A stretch of DNA of 63,830 nucleotides, the filler included, from Lama guanicoe (Eukaryota): assembly GCA_013239625.1 (NCBI GenBank). It is 211 parts of 211 records of this genome, joined end to end, with 100 filler letters (N's around TTAATTAATTAA, not from the genome) between each part and the next. Parts side by side here need not be neighbours in the genome. Positions count along the whole stretch, not along the records: positions 37,268 to 37,470 come from PNXV01031976.1; positions 37,571 to 37,773 come from PNXV01031977.1; positions 37,874 to 38,076 come from PNXV01031978.1; positions 38,177 to 38,379 come from PNXV01031979.1; positions 38,480 to 38,682 come from PNXV01031980.1; positions 38,783 to 38,984 come from PNXV01031981.1; positions 39,085 to 39,287 come from PNXV01031982.1; positions 39,388 to 39,590 come from PNXV01031983.1; 203 more parts are not named here. One strand, given 5' to 3'. The notes beneath the pieces are model-generated. The model made no database searches. It saw only the letters and a list, made by a program, of their open reading frames with translations, and was not told the DNA's origin. How positions within the stretch are numbered: position 1 is the first letter of the stretch; the number at the start of each line of letters is the position of its first letter. Both the position numbers and the translations under genes were made by a program. Positions 37,268 through 48,074 of this stretch are shown here, one piece after another.

Positions 37268-37470
37268 GATGTTGAATAACTGAAACTCTCATACGTTGCT
37301 GGTGGGAATGCAAAACGACGTACCCACTTAGGGAAAATTTGATCATTTCCTGTAAAATTAAATACGCACTTACTCAGTGACCCAGCAATCTCAATCCTGG
37401 GTATTTACCCACAAGAAATGAAAAAAAAATAAGTCCACACAAAAGCATGTACTTTATTCAGAGCTAGAAA
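37268..37470 (+). mobile_element. Old LINE-1 3' fragment
   Basis: AACTCTCATACGTTGCTGGTGGGAATGCAAAA...GACCCAGCAATCTCAATCCTGGGTATTTACCCA...AGAAATGAAAA. Confidence 0.85.
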
Positions 37471-38782
37471 NNNNNNNNNNNNNNNNNNNNNNNNNNNNNN
37501 NNNNNNNNNNNNNNTTAATTAATTAANNNNNNNNNNNNNNNNNNNNNNNNNNNNNNNNNNNNNNNNNNNNATTTTGAATCAAAGAAGACTGAAGGAGCCC
37601 TAGAACCATCCAAGCAGTTCAAAAAGAATCTAGTAATGTCATTTAAACAGGTACACTCAACTCAAGGTCTTGGAAATCAGCAATGCCTCAGACAAATCTA
37701 GTTAACTTGACCTTAAATCAGGCTCCAAAGAAGCATTCCAAGTAAGTTCCTATCTCACTTTAATCCGGATCCANNNNNNNNNNNNNNNNNNNNNNNNNNN
37801 NNNNNNNNNNNNNNNNNTTAATTAATTAANNNNNNNNNNNNNNNNNNNNNNNNNNNNNNNNNNNNNNNNNNNNAGAAAGAGCAGAGAGCAAAAATCTTAG
37901 CTATTCTCCAGCCTACAAATGACGGATTAAACAAGAGAATATTGCTAGAATTTCTTTGATTCTACAGTTTATACATTTGGGGTTAGGGAGTTAGAATCTA
38001 ATCTGATATGAAGTTTATCTGTGTTCCTTCTTTCCTGTGCTGTGAAAGCACATTCCTAGAAGAATAATCTCAACATNNNNNNNNNNNNNNNNNNNNNNNN
38101 NNNNNNNNNNNNNNNNNNNNTTAATTAATTAANNNNNNNNNNNNNNNNNNNNNNNNNNNNNNNNNNNNNNNNNNNNGGCGCTCGCGGGCGGCCCCGGGCT
38201 GGCCCAGGTGTGTGCGGCCAGGTCCCGTCTGGCTGGCCAGTGTCCGGGCTGGTTGCTGCACACTCGGAACACAGCCTCTGCGTCCAGCAAGAGAGGGTCC
38301 GCTAAGGGAGGGCGTGGTGGTCGTGTGTCGTCTGGACATTTCGGGGGTCACCCTTCCTCTGGGGACAGCATCACAAGTTNNNNNNNNNNNNNNNNNNNNN
38401 NNNNNNNNNNNNNNNNNNNNNNNTTAATTAATTAANNNNNNNNNNNNNNNNNNNNNNNNNNNNNNNNNNNNNNNNNNNNAAGAGCAAGATCTTAAGTTTA
38501 GCAATATATAGCCCTTATGATCTGGCCACTGCTTACTTCTCATGCCTCATCTACACCCCTTTCTCTTAGCATTCATATCATATCATTTACTTCTGTTCAT
38601 CATATTTAATTACCTTATGATTCTCTCTTCCTCTCTCCATTAAAATATAAACTTGATGGGGAACATAGTATCTGTCTTAGTANNNNNNNNNNNNNNNNNN
38701 NNNNNNNNNNNNNNNNNNNNNNNNNNTTAATTAATTAANNNNNNNNNNNNNNNNNNNNNNNNNNNNNNNNNNNNNNNNNNNN

Positions 38783-38984
38783 ACGTCTCTCCACATGTTC
38801 AGTTCTGAGAGATAAGTGTGTGTGAAAGCTGCCCTTTACCTAGCTTCTTGGAAATCCAAAGTTCCTTTTCAGTTGGAAACTACACTACATACATATATAT
38901 AGGGAAGTTCTAGCACCAAATCAGTTTTACAGAGAAAACAGCAGGAACTTATATCCGGCACTAGGAAACAGACTGAGAAACCAG
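38783..38984. repeat. Satellite DNA partial monomer (~249-bp family), copy 2
   Basis: Its start ACGTCTCTCCACATG and end CCGGCACTAGGAAAC-GACTGAGAAACCAG occur in swapped order in 47569-47771. Confidence 0.85.
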
Positions 38985-39084
38985 NNNNNNNNNNNNNNNN
39001 NNNNNNNNNNNNNNNNNNNNNNNNNNNNTTAATTAATTAANNNNNNNNNNNNNNNNNNNNNNNNNNNNNNNNNNNNNNNNNNNN

Positions 39085-39287
39085 CAATTTCTCCCACATT
39101 TAATGGTTTAACACAACCAACATTTCTTGTCTCGTGGTTTCTGTGGGTCAGGAATCCAGGTTTGATTAAGCAGGGCACCTCTTGTTCAAATCTCTTGTGA
39201 GGTCGCGAACAAGCTGTTGGCTGGGGCTGAGGTGTCACCTGAAGGCTCGACGGGTGGGGGCCATCTGCTTCTAGGCCCACTCCTGTG
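39085..39287 (-). mobile_element. MLT1 LTR fragment
   Basis: TTTAATGGTTTAACACAAC...GTTTCTGTGGGTCAGGAATCCAGG...GCTGGGGCTG...TCACCTGAAGGCTCGAC...ATCTGCTTC. Confidence 0.8.
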
Positions 39288-40010
39288 NNNNNNNNNNNNN
39301 NNNNNNNNNNNNNNNNNNNNNNNNNNNNNNNTTAATTAATTAANNNNNNNNNNNNNNNNNNNNNNNNNNNNNNNNNNNNNNNNNNNNCATGTAAAATTCC
39401 TATTTGAATGTTTTTGCTCTAAAAAACAGCAACTGCGTATCATTGACCTAAATATAGCACAGTACCTGTGATAATCAAACATCCCTCGTAAAATGGAAAA
39501 ATGTTACTAACTTAGGGTTCTTATGAGGGTTAAATGGGCAGCTCGATGTAAAGCACACAGGACAGTATCTGACCCAAGCTGTCAAGAATGNNNNNNNNNN
39601 NNNNNNNNNNNNNNNNNNNNNNNNNNNNNNNNNNTTAATTAATTAANNNNNNNNNNNNNNNNNNNNNNNNNNNNNNNNNNNNNNNNNNNNAGAAAGAGCA
39701 GAGAGCAAAAATCTTAGCTATTCTCCAGCCTACAAATGATGGATTAAACAAGAGAATTTTGCTAGAATTTCTTTGATTCTACAGTTTATATATTTGGGGT
39801 TAGGGAGTTAGAATCCAATCTGATATGAAGTTTATCTGTGTTCTTTCTTTCCTGTGCTGTGAAAGCACATTCCTAGAAGAATAATCTCAACATNNNNNNN
39901 NNNNNNNNNNNNNNNNNNNNNNNNNNNNNNNNNNNNNTTAATTAATTAANNNNNNNNNNNNNNNNNNNNNNNNNNNNNNNNNNNNNNNNNNNNCTTTGTA
40001 AGGTTGTGTG

Positions 40011-40027
40011 GCTCCCTCTAGTGGCCA
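40011..40027 (-). promoter_or_regulatory. Candidate CTCF motif
   Basis: Reverse complement TGGCCACTAGAGGGAGC is close to the consensus TGGCCACCAGRKGGCRC. Confidence 0.45.
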
Positions 40028-41623
40028 CTGTCATCTTCTGCAACCCTGGATGGTAACTTGTAGGTGTTTACCTTAGACCTACCTGCGTGGTTGCTTCTTA
40101 GATTCTCGTACTTGTAAGTCCAAATTAGTGCATTCATTAAAAAAAAATGAACTTTCATTAGCTGGGAATAAAATGCAAGTGGACATTTGATAGCTANNNN
40201 NNNNNNNNNNNNNNNNNNNNNNNNNNNNNNNNNNNNNNNNTTAATTAATTAANNNNNNNNNNNNNNNNNNNNNNNNNNNNNNNNNNNNNNNNNNNNCTGC
40301 GACAGAGAGGCATGATACTAACGATGATGATGATGACAAAGGCGGCAACTATTCCTTTTTTAAAAACCATGGAGAAATCTGTTTTCAAAAGAGTTTTGAA
40401 CACGGCCTAGTGATTTGAGACAGGAGGCATGACTGGTTTGGGGCTCAGAAGTTAAGCTAGCGTCTGGATTGCCGTGGAGTCCTGATATGTGGACTGGTGN
40501 NNNNNNNNNNNNNNNNNNNNNNNNNNNNNNNNNNNNNNNNNNNTTAATTAATTAANNNNNNNNNNNNNNNNNNNNNNNNNNNNNNNNNNNNNNNNNNNNA
40601 TCCTAAAATTCCCCAAAGAAAATATAATTATATGAGAGTTCTGCTCCATTTAGTTTTATTTCATCAGATGTATAATATCTCTCTAGTATGATTTAACATC
40701 TCATCTTATACCCAAGAGAAATTTGGGGGGGGGGAAGCCTCTTATGATACATACCTGCTGTTTATTATTAGAATTTATCATAAAACTTGTGGTATTTGCT
40801 CTNNNNNNNNNNNNNNNNNNNNNNNNNNNNNNNNNNNNNNNNNNNNTTAATTAATTAANNNNNNNNNNNNNNNNNNNNNNNNNNNNNNNNNNNNNNNNNN
40901 NNTGTGGATGTGGGCACATACCTGCAGGCAAACCTGTACACAACTGCTCACCTGTGTACACACACGTGCAAACACCCCCTCCTGTGAGCACACTGTGCCC
41001 AAACGGCTGGCATGACCCAGTGGGCATAGGCACGTACCAGCTCCTCCAGGCATGCGTGCACCCACCCACACTGCATGGGGCTGGGGGCGGGCAGAACCCT
41101 CTCTTNNNNNNNNNNNNNNNNNNNNNNNNNNNNNNNNNNNNNNNNNNNNTTAATTAATTAANNNNNNNNNNNNNNNNNNNNNNNNNNNNNNNNNNNNNNN
41201 NNNNNTGGGTCTGCTGCTCTCACACAGCTGTTCAGATTCCGTCCATTCGGTCAGGAAGTATTGATTATTGCTTCCGCATGAATGGAAGAAAAAAGAACAG
41301 AGAAGGAAAAAAGAACAGTGCAAAGGGTGTGGTGCCCCTGATGGGAGAGCTTTGGGGTCTTTTTTGTCTTCTTTTTAGTTTTTGTTTTGCCTTGATTTTT
41401 GATTTTTANNNNNNNNNNNNNNNNNNNNNNNNNNNNNNNNNNNNNNNNNNNNTTAATTAATTAANNNNNNNNNNNNNNNNNNNNNNNNNNNNNNNNNNNN
41501 NNNNNNNNCAGACTCCTGAAAATACTACTTTTAATCAGGTTAAAGTGCTAAGAAATTCAAGCCTAGATCAGAGCAGGAAGGAGAAGGGGCAGAAAAGCCT
41601 GAGACTTAATTTGTTTCTGTTGT

Positions 41624-41640
41624 TGGCCTCCAGGGGGCGA
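41624..41640 (+). promoter_or_regulatory. Candidate CTCF motif
   Basis: TGGCCTCCAGGGGGCGA is close to the consensus. Confidence 0.5.
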
Positions 41641-44600
41641 TGTTGCATAAGCTGGAAATACCCCTCGAATGAAAGTTCCGCTTCCCTCCTAGGAGCTCCG
41701 TAAGTCACAGANNNNNNNNNNNNNNNNNNNNNNNNNNNNNNNNNNNNNNNNNNNNTTAATTAATTAANNNNNNNNNNNNNNNNNNNNNNNNNNNNNNNNN
41801 NNNNNNNNNNNAGAATGAAAACCATTTTAAGGAGCAGGAAATACAGTTGCCGGGTAGTGCGTTAAAACCAGAGGGAAGCGTGTGCCACAGGCAAAGGCAA
41901 GAGGGTGACTGGATGAACGGCAGATAAAATCTGGTTATTCTTCTTTTTGCATGTGCAATTTTGCAGCACTAATAAGGGATACTATAAACGGTATTATTTC
42001 TCCCCACAAATCTANNNNNNNNNNNNNNNNNNNNNNNNNNNNNNNNNNNNNNNNNNNNTTAATTAATTAANNNNNNNNNNNNNNNNNNNNNNNNNNNNNN
42101 NNNNNNNNNNNNNNGGGAGGGAGGGAGGGAAGGAAAAAGAGAACCCACAATTAGAATTAAAATTTCAAAATGGGTTTGTCACGAAAGTGTCTGGGACGCT
42201 GTTCTTCCATTCAGACCTGTCATTGTGCAAAGGTACTTCTGGAGCCTTTCCGGCAAAGTCTCCAGGTAATTAGCCATCTTTCTTCAGCACAACTCCTGTT
42301 GGAGCTCATAGCCTTTANNNNNNNNNNNNNNNNNNNNNNNNNNNNNNNNNNNNNNNNNNNNTTAATTAATTAANNNNNNNNNNNNNNNNNNNNNNNNNNN
42401 NNNNNNNNNNNNNNNNNGACTCTGCTTCCCTTGCACTTTTTCGAGCAGATGAAGCTTCACTTTTTTTCCAACCACGTGACCCTCAGGCCAGAAGACAGGG
42501 AGCTATTTCCTGGGACCTCATCATGGCGGCTTCCAGGACCCGCCCCCAGCAAAACCGCCTGCCTCCCTGCTGCACATGCGCACAGGCGTCCTGCTCAGCC
42601 TCCCTTTCCCTCCCCTCCTGNNNNNNNNNNNNNNNNNNNNNNNNNNNNNNNNNNNNNNNNNNNNTTAATTAATTAANNNNNNNNNNNNNNNNNNNNNNNN
42701 NNNNNNNNNNNNNNNNNNNNATGAAAAGATTTTTCCCTCTGTATACACCAGAAAATGAAGACTCATAGAATTTACCAAACATGTCCAAGTACACACAGCT
42801 TGCAGGTGACGAGCAAGGATTTAATACCAATCAGAATGATCCGGCAATCCCATTTCTGGGTAGGTATTGAAAGGAAATGAAATCAGTTTCTCAAAGAGGT
42901 ATTTGCACTCCTGTGTTTATTATNNNNNNNNNNNNNNNNNNNNNNNNNNNNNNNNNNNNNNNNNNNNTTAATTAATTAANNNNNNNNNNNNNNNNNNNNN
43001 NNNNNNNNNNNNNNNNNNNNNNNTGCTCCCATCAGCCAGGTGGGAAGACCTCACCGTTCACCAGGCACTGAGTAGAACAACTAGCCCCACACTAACTTCA
43101 GGACTGAACCCACTTAACAAATCCAAACCAAGATCCAAAGGGATCACACTACTTCAGAGTAACTTAATTATATCTATGCTCAAGAAAGTTATAGACATAC
43201 AAAAAGCTCCAGAAACATTCAGAGTANNNNNNNNNNNNNNNNNNNNNNNNNNNNNNNNNNNNNNNNNNNNTTAATTAATTAANNNNNNNNNNNNNNNNNN
43301 NNNNNNNNNNNNNNNNNNNNNNNNNNATGTTTCTTAGTGCCCGTTAGAAATTTATTCCATTTGTTTTTAAACTGAGTTGAAGCTTGTACCTCCCCTTATA
43401 TATATCTGTAGATTAAAATCAACTGTGTGTTCCGAACAAGCTTTGTTATTGTAGTGTTTCATACATATTCATCTCTCAGGTTTTATCATGTTCAGAGACT
43501 ATTGTTCATGAAGCATTAGTGTAATGTGGNNNNNNNNNNNNNNNNNNNNNNNNNNNNNNNNNNNNNNNNNNNNTTAATTAATTAANNNNNNNNNNNNNNN
43601 NNNNNNNNNNNNNNNNNNNNNNNNNNNNNTCTGAGACATTCCTTCTTCTATTTGAAAAACTCACAGACCACCAGCTCAGAAAAACCTCTGAAAGCAGAAG
43701 GTGATATGTTCCACAGCTGAAGTATTTACAAATTTATTACGAAGTATTTGCCTATTTCTGGAATTATTTACTAGACTACAGACTTTAAAGGCATTTCCCA
43801 ATTCATCATGCTTACTAGCATAAATTCCCCCTNNNNNNNNNNNNNNNNNNNNNNNNNNNNNNNNNNNNNNNNNNNNTTAATTAATTAANNNNNNNNNNNN
43901 NNNNNNNNNNNNNNNNNNNNNNNNNNNNNNNNACACAACCAAGCCCTGGCCCTCAGGACCACCCCAGCGTGGCATCAGGAAAGTGATCAGTGCTGTGGAG
44001 AAAAAGAAGGCTGATGAGGGGAGAAGGAGTGCACGGAGGCTGGGTTACTCTGCGAGGTCAGCAAAGGCCTCATTCCGAAAGGGACATGTGAGCATGTCCT
44101 CAAGGAAGGAGAGGGGACCAACATGTCAGGGCAGGNNNNNNNNNNNNNNNNNNNNNNNNNNNNNNNNNNNNNNNNNNNNTTAATTAATTAANNNNNNNNN
44201 NNNNNNNNNNNNNNNNNNNNNNNNNNNNNNNNNNNTTAAATTTCTGAGATGACAGTAAGGCCTTGATGGGCTGAAGACTTGGATCGATTGGAAACTAGAT
44301 TGTAACTTAACTCCAAGTTTTAAGTGTGAGAAGTGGCCCAAGATATTGGGTTATGCCAGTACAGGTAGAAATATTGACCCCAGAGAAGCAGAGAAGTCAG
44401 GGATAGGCTGAGGAATGAGATAAGGAGCTCTAAGAAAGNNNNNNNNNNNNNNNNNNNNNNNNNNNNNNNNNNNNNNNNNNNNTTAATTAATTAANNNNNN
44501 NNNNNNNNNNNNNNNNNNNNNNNNNNNNNNNNNNNNNNAAAACTAATACAACAACAAAATAACACTTCTGGTGATCCTTTTACGTCTTTAGCAGAACTTA

Positions 44601-44841
44601 ACAAATTTGTTAATATAATTCACGTGGTGAGTGAATTGTGTTTAATCTTTCAAGAGTGTGTGTGTGTTTTTTTTAAGAAGATCTATTGGTCAAAATGATG
44701 TTTCTGATGATGGAATGAACAGGGCTGATATTTTCAGAGGCNNNNNNNNNNNNNNNNNNNNNNNNNNNNNNNNNNNNNNNNNNNNTTAATTAATTAANNN
44801 NNNNNNNNNNNNNNNNNNNNNNNNNNNNNNNNNNNNNNNNN

Positions 44842-44990
44842 TCTCTCTCTCTCTCTCTCTCTCTGCCATGAGGACACAGTCAGATGGAGGCCACTTGCAA
44901 GCCAGGAAGAGAACTCTCACCACAAACCTTGATCTCGGACTTTCCAGCCTCCAAAGCCCTGAGGAAGAACCGCTGAGCCCGCCGTGTCCC
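44842..44990 (+). mobile_element. MaLR (MLT1-like) LTR fragment preceded by (TC)n
   Basis: GCCATGAGGACACAG...TGCAAGCCAGGAAGAGAACTCTCACCA...ACCTTGATCTCGGACTTTCCAGCCTCCA. Confidence 0.8.
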
Positions 44991-45144
44991 TGTCTGTCTG
45001 TGGAAGACAGTCTGCCTCTTCTCACTACTTTGTTTTAAGAGCTTNNNNNNNNNNNNNNNNNNNNNNNNNNNNNNNNNNNNNNNNNNNNTTAATTAATTAA
45101 NNNNNNNNNNNNNNNNNNNNNNNNNNNNNNNNNNNNNNNNNNNN

Positions 45145-45345
45145 CTTCCTGAGTGCTGACAGCTCAACCTCTCTGTCCACTTTCTGGGGAGGTGCCTTGA
45201 GCCGTCTCTTCCTGTTGGTCGGTGTGACAGTTGGTTCAGGTTGTGGAGATATCCAGAGCATCTGGGGGGTTTTGACGACAGCCATTGTTTCCTTGGTTTG
45301 AACTGGGGTTTGGAAGAGCTCTTTGAAACCAGCCAGGTCCTCTAG
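45145..45345 (-). CDS. MKI67: Proliferation marker Ki-67, partial internal repeat (large repeat exon)
   Basis: Open frame LEDLAGFKELFQTPVQTKETMAVVKTPQMLWISPQPEPTVTPTNRKRRLKAPPQKVDREVELSALRK contains the diagnostic Ki-67 motif FKELFQTP. Confidence 0.93.
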
Positions 45346-46356
45346 AGNNNNNNNNNNNNNNNNNNNNNNNNNNNNNNNNNNNNNNNNNNNNTTAATTAAT
45401 TAANNNNNNNNNNNNNNNNNNNNNNNNNNNNNNNNNNNNNNNNNNNNCCAGGGGCACTGAATCCACTAGGCTGTCTCCCTTCCAGATTTTTAATGCAATC
45501 CCCCCTGTGAGCAGCAGTCCCTCCTCTGAGCCTGGAATCCCATGGAATCGCACGCATCACTGCCTAGCCTACGCGGCCCTTCTCACCCGCAGGGCTTCAC
45601 GGCCATTTTTAGAGCCTGAAATGGCTAAACCCTCAGCTTGTTCCAAGTAANNNNNNNNNNNNNNNNNNNNNNNNNNNNNNNNNNNNNNNNNNNNTTAATT
45701 AATTAANNNNNNNNNNNNNNNNNNNNNNNNNNNNNNNNNNNNNNNNNNNNAGAAATTCCAAGTCAGACAATGCATACATCAGAAAAATAAAGCACAGTGG
45801 GAATAGAAAATTGAGTATAGAAAAAGGGGGAAAATGAACCAGCACAATTCTTCTGTTTCTTAAGTGTTTATTGGACTCCTGACAATATACTCCTCATAAT
45901 GAGGAAACAACATTTCCAGAATCTCTTAAAACTATCTCAAGATTGCTATCAATNNNNNNNNNNNNNNNNNNNNNNNNNNNNNNNNNNNNNNNNNNNNTTA
46001 ATTAATTAANNNNNNNNNNNNNNNNNNNNNNNNNNNNNNNNNNNNNNNNNNNNTTTTTGTACAAAAGGAAGTAGATTGGTTTCATTTCAAACCCCAAAAT
46101 TAAATTATTTAAAAAAATTTTGAGGGGAAAATATTTGCACATCACACTATAAAACTATTCATCCTATATATTTCATTTTAACTGGATGTATGAGAAGGAA
46201 ACACTGGCTGAAATTTACACTTGAGTTGCTAGGAGACCAGTCATTTTGTGATGTCANNNNNNNNNNNNNNNNNNNNNNNNNNNNNNNNNNNNNNNNNNNN
46301 TTAATTAATTAANNNNNNNNNNNNNNNNNNNNNNNNNNNNNNNNNNNNNNNNNNNN

Positions 46357-46460
46357 CTTGAATTCTTTCCTGGGTGAAGCCAAGGATCCGCACTTGGTGG
46401 GGCACGCCCCAAGCGTTCCACCAAGACCTGGGACATGGCTCTCCTCATGCTCACATCCAT
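46357..46460 (+). mobile_element. Possible ERV1-type LTR 3' (U5) end
   Basis: CTTGAATTCTTTCCTGGGTGAAGCCAAG resembles ERV1 LTR R/U5 sequence. Confidence 0.45.
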
Positions 46461-46659
46461 TTTTCCTACATCAGAACCCTGAAAGGAGAATCAGAACACA
46501 CTCAGACAACCCCCAAAGGGTTTTACCGTCATTCAGTTACTGGAAAGATGTTTAACTGCNNNNNNNNNNNNNNNNNNNNNNNNNNNNNNNNNNNNNNNNN
46601 NNNTTAATTAATTAANNNNNNNNNNNNNNNNNNNNNNNNNNNNNNNNNNNNNNNNNNNN

Positions 46660-46862
46660 GAGCCACTCTCGCGGGACTTGGGGAGGGGCGAGCCGGCCTT
46701 TATGCTCCTGGGGCCCCGCCCCTTCCGGTGCCCCCGCGCCCTGTTGCTGGGAAACGCCCCGCCCCTTCCGGGACACCAGCTTCCCGCTGATGTGGGGCAC
46801 GTGGGTTTCCTCTTCCACGGTGAGCTGGCTTTCATCTGACCCCGGTGGCTCTCAGAGGCTCT
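46660..46862. promoter_or_regulatory. CpG-rich promoter-like fragment with two GC-box+ETS composites and an E-box
   Basis: CCCCGCCCCTTCCGG at 46714-46728 and 46757-46771; CACGTG at 46798-46803. Confidence 0.55.
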
Positions 46863-47265
46863 NNNNNNNNNNNNNNNNNNNNNNNNNNNNNNNNNNNNNN
46901 NNNNNNTTAATTAATTAANNNNNNNNNNNNNNNNNNNNNNNNNNNNNNNNNNNNNNNNNNNNCGTTGATATACCTATCCTTGAGCAAAAATCATGGTGAT
47001 TGGTTAGCCAGGCCTGAGTCACATGCTCATCCATACCTAGGTTTTGGGTTAATCCTACCCAACACATGGACTAAGACAGGAGGTGGTGGTTTTAAATACT
47101 AGACATGATTTCTATTACTAGAAGAACGTATGCTGTAGAGAAGAGTTTGTTATAATAGAGTATTANNNNNNNNNNNNNNNNNNNNNNNNNNNNNNNNNNN
47201 NNNNNNNNNTTAATTAATTAANNNNNNNNNNNNNNNNNNNNNNNNNNNNNNNNNNNNNNNNNNNN

Positions 47266-47468
47266 CTTTTCATATTCTTTTTTATTATAGGCCATTACAA
47301 GGTATTGAATATAGCTCCCTATTATACAATAGGACCTTATTGTTTATCTGTTTTATATATAGTAGTCAGTGTCTGCTGATCCTGAACTCTCAATTTATCC
47401 CTCCACCCCTGCCCCCTTTTCCCCCAGTAACCCTAAGTTTGTTTTCTATGTCTGTGAGTCTGTTTCTG
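47266..47468 (-). mobile_element. LINE-1 3' UTR fragment
   Basis: ATTACAAGGTATTGAATATAG...TGTTTATCTGTTTTATATATAG...AAGTTTGTTTTCTATGTCTGTGAGTCTGTTTCTG. Confidence 0.9.
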
Positions 47469-47568
47469 NNNNNNNNNNNNNNNNNNNNNNNNNNNNNNNN
47501 NNNNNNNNNNNNTTAATTAATTAANNNNNNNNNNNNNNNNNNNNNNNNNNNNNNNNNNNNNNNNNNNN

Positions 47569-47771
47569 ACTTCAAACCGGCACTAGGAAACCGACTGAGA
47601 AACCAGAGTATGTGTTTGTCCTGCAACCTGTTCCCTTTGTGGTGGATGAGCGAACGTCTCTCCACATGCTCAGATCTTAGAAATAATTGTGTGTGAAAGC
47701 CGTGCTTCACCTAACTTGAAGTGAACACAATGTAAATTTTCAGTTCCCAACACCACTCCATACATATATAT
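47569..47771. repeat. Satellite DNA partial monomer (~249-bp family), copy 3
   Basis: Circular permutation of the blocks in 30299-30501 and 38783-38984. Confidence 0.85.
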
Positions 47772-47871
47772 NNNNNNNNNNNNNNNNNNNNNNNNNNNNN
47801 NNNNNNNNNNNNNNNTTAATTAATTAANNNNNNNNNNNNNNNNNNNNNNNNNNNNNNNNNNNNNNNNNNNN

Positions 47872-48074
47872 ATGATCATCTCAATTGATGCAGAAAAAGC
47901 ATTTCATAAAATTCAACACCTATTTATGATAAAAACTCTCTCCAATGTGGGTATAAAGGGAACATATCTCAACATAATAAAAGCTATATATGGCAAACCT
48001 ACACCCAGCATAGTACTCAATGGTCAAAAACTCAAAAGCTTCCCACTAAAATCTAGGACAAGACAAGGATGCCC
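47872..48074 (+). mobile_element. LINE-1 ORF2 reverse transcriptase domain fragment (open frame)
   Basis: [23 protein letters not shown]...[11 protein letters not shown]...TRQGC, with L1 RT motifs DAEKAF and RQGC. Confidence 0.97.

Noticed and set aside
47872..48074. Reverse transcriptase near repeats as a retron/DGR-like system
   Set aside because: It is a standard L1 ORF2 fragment, and the neighbouring satellite contig is unlinked.
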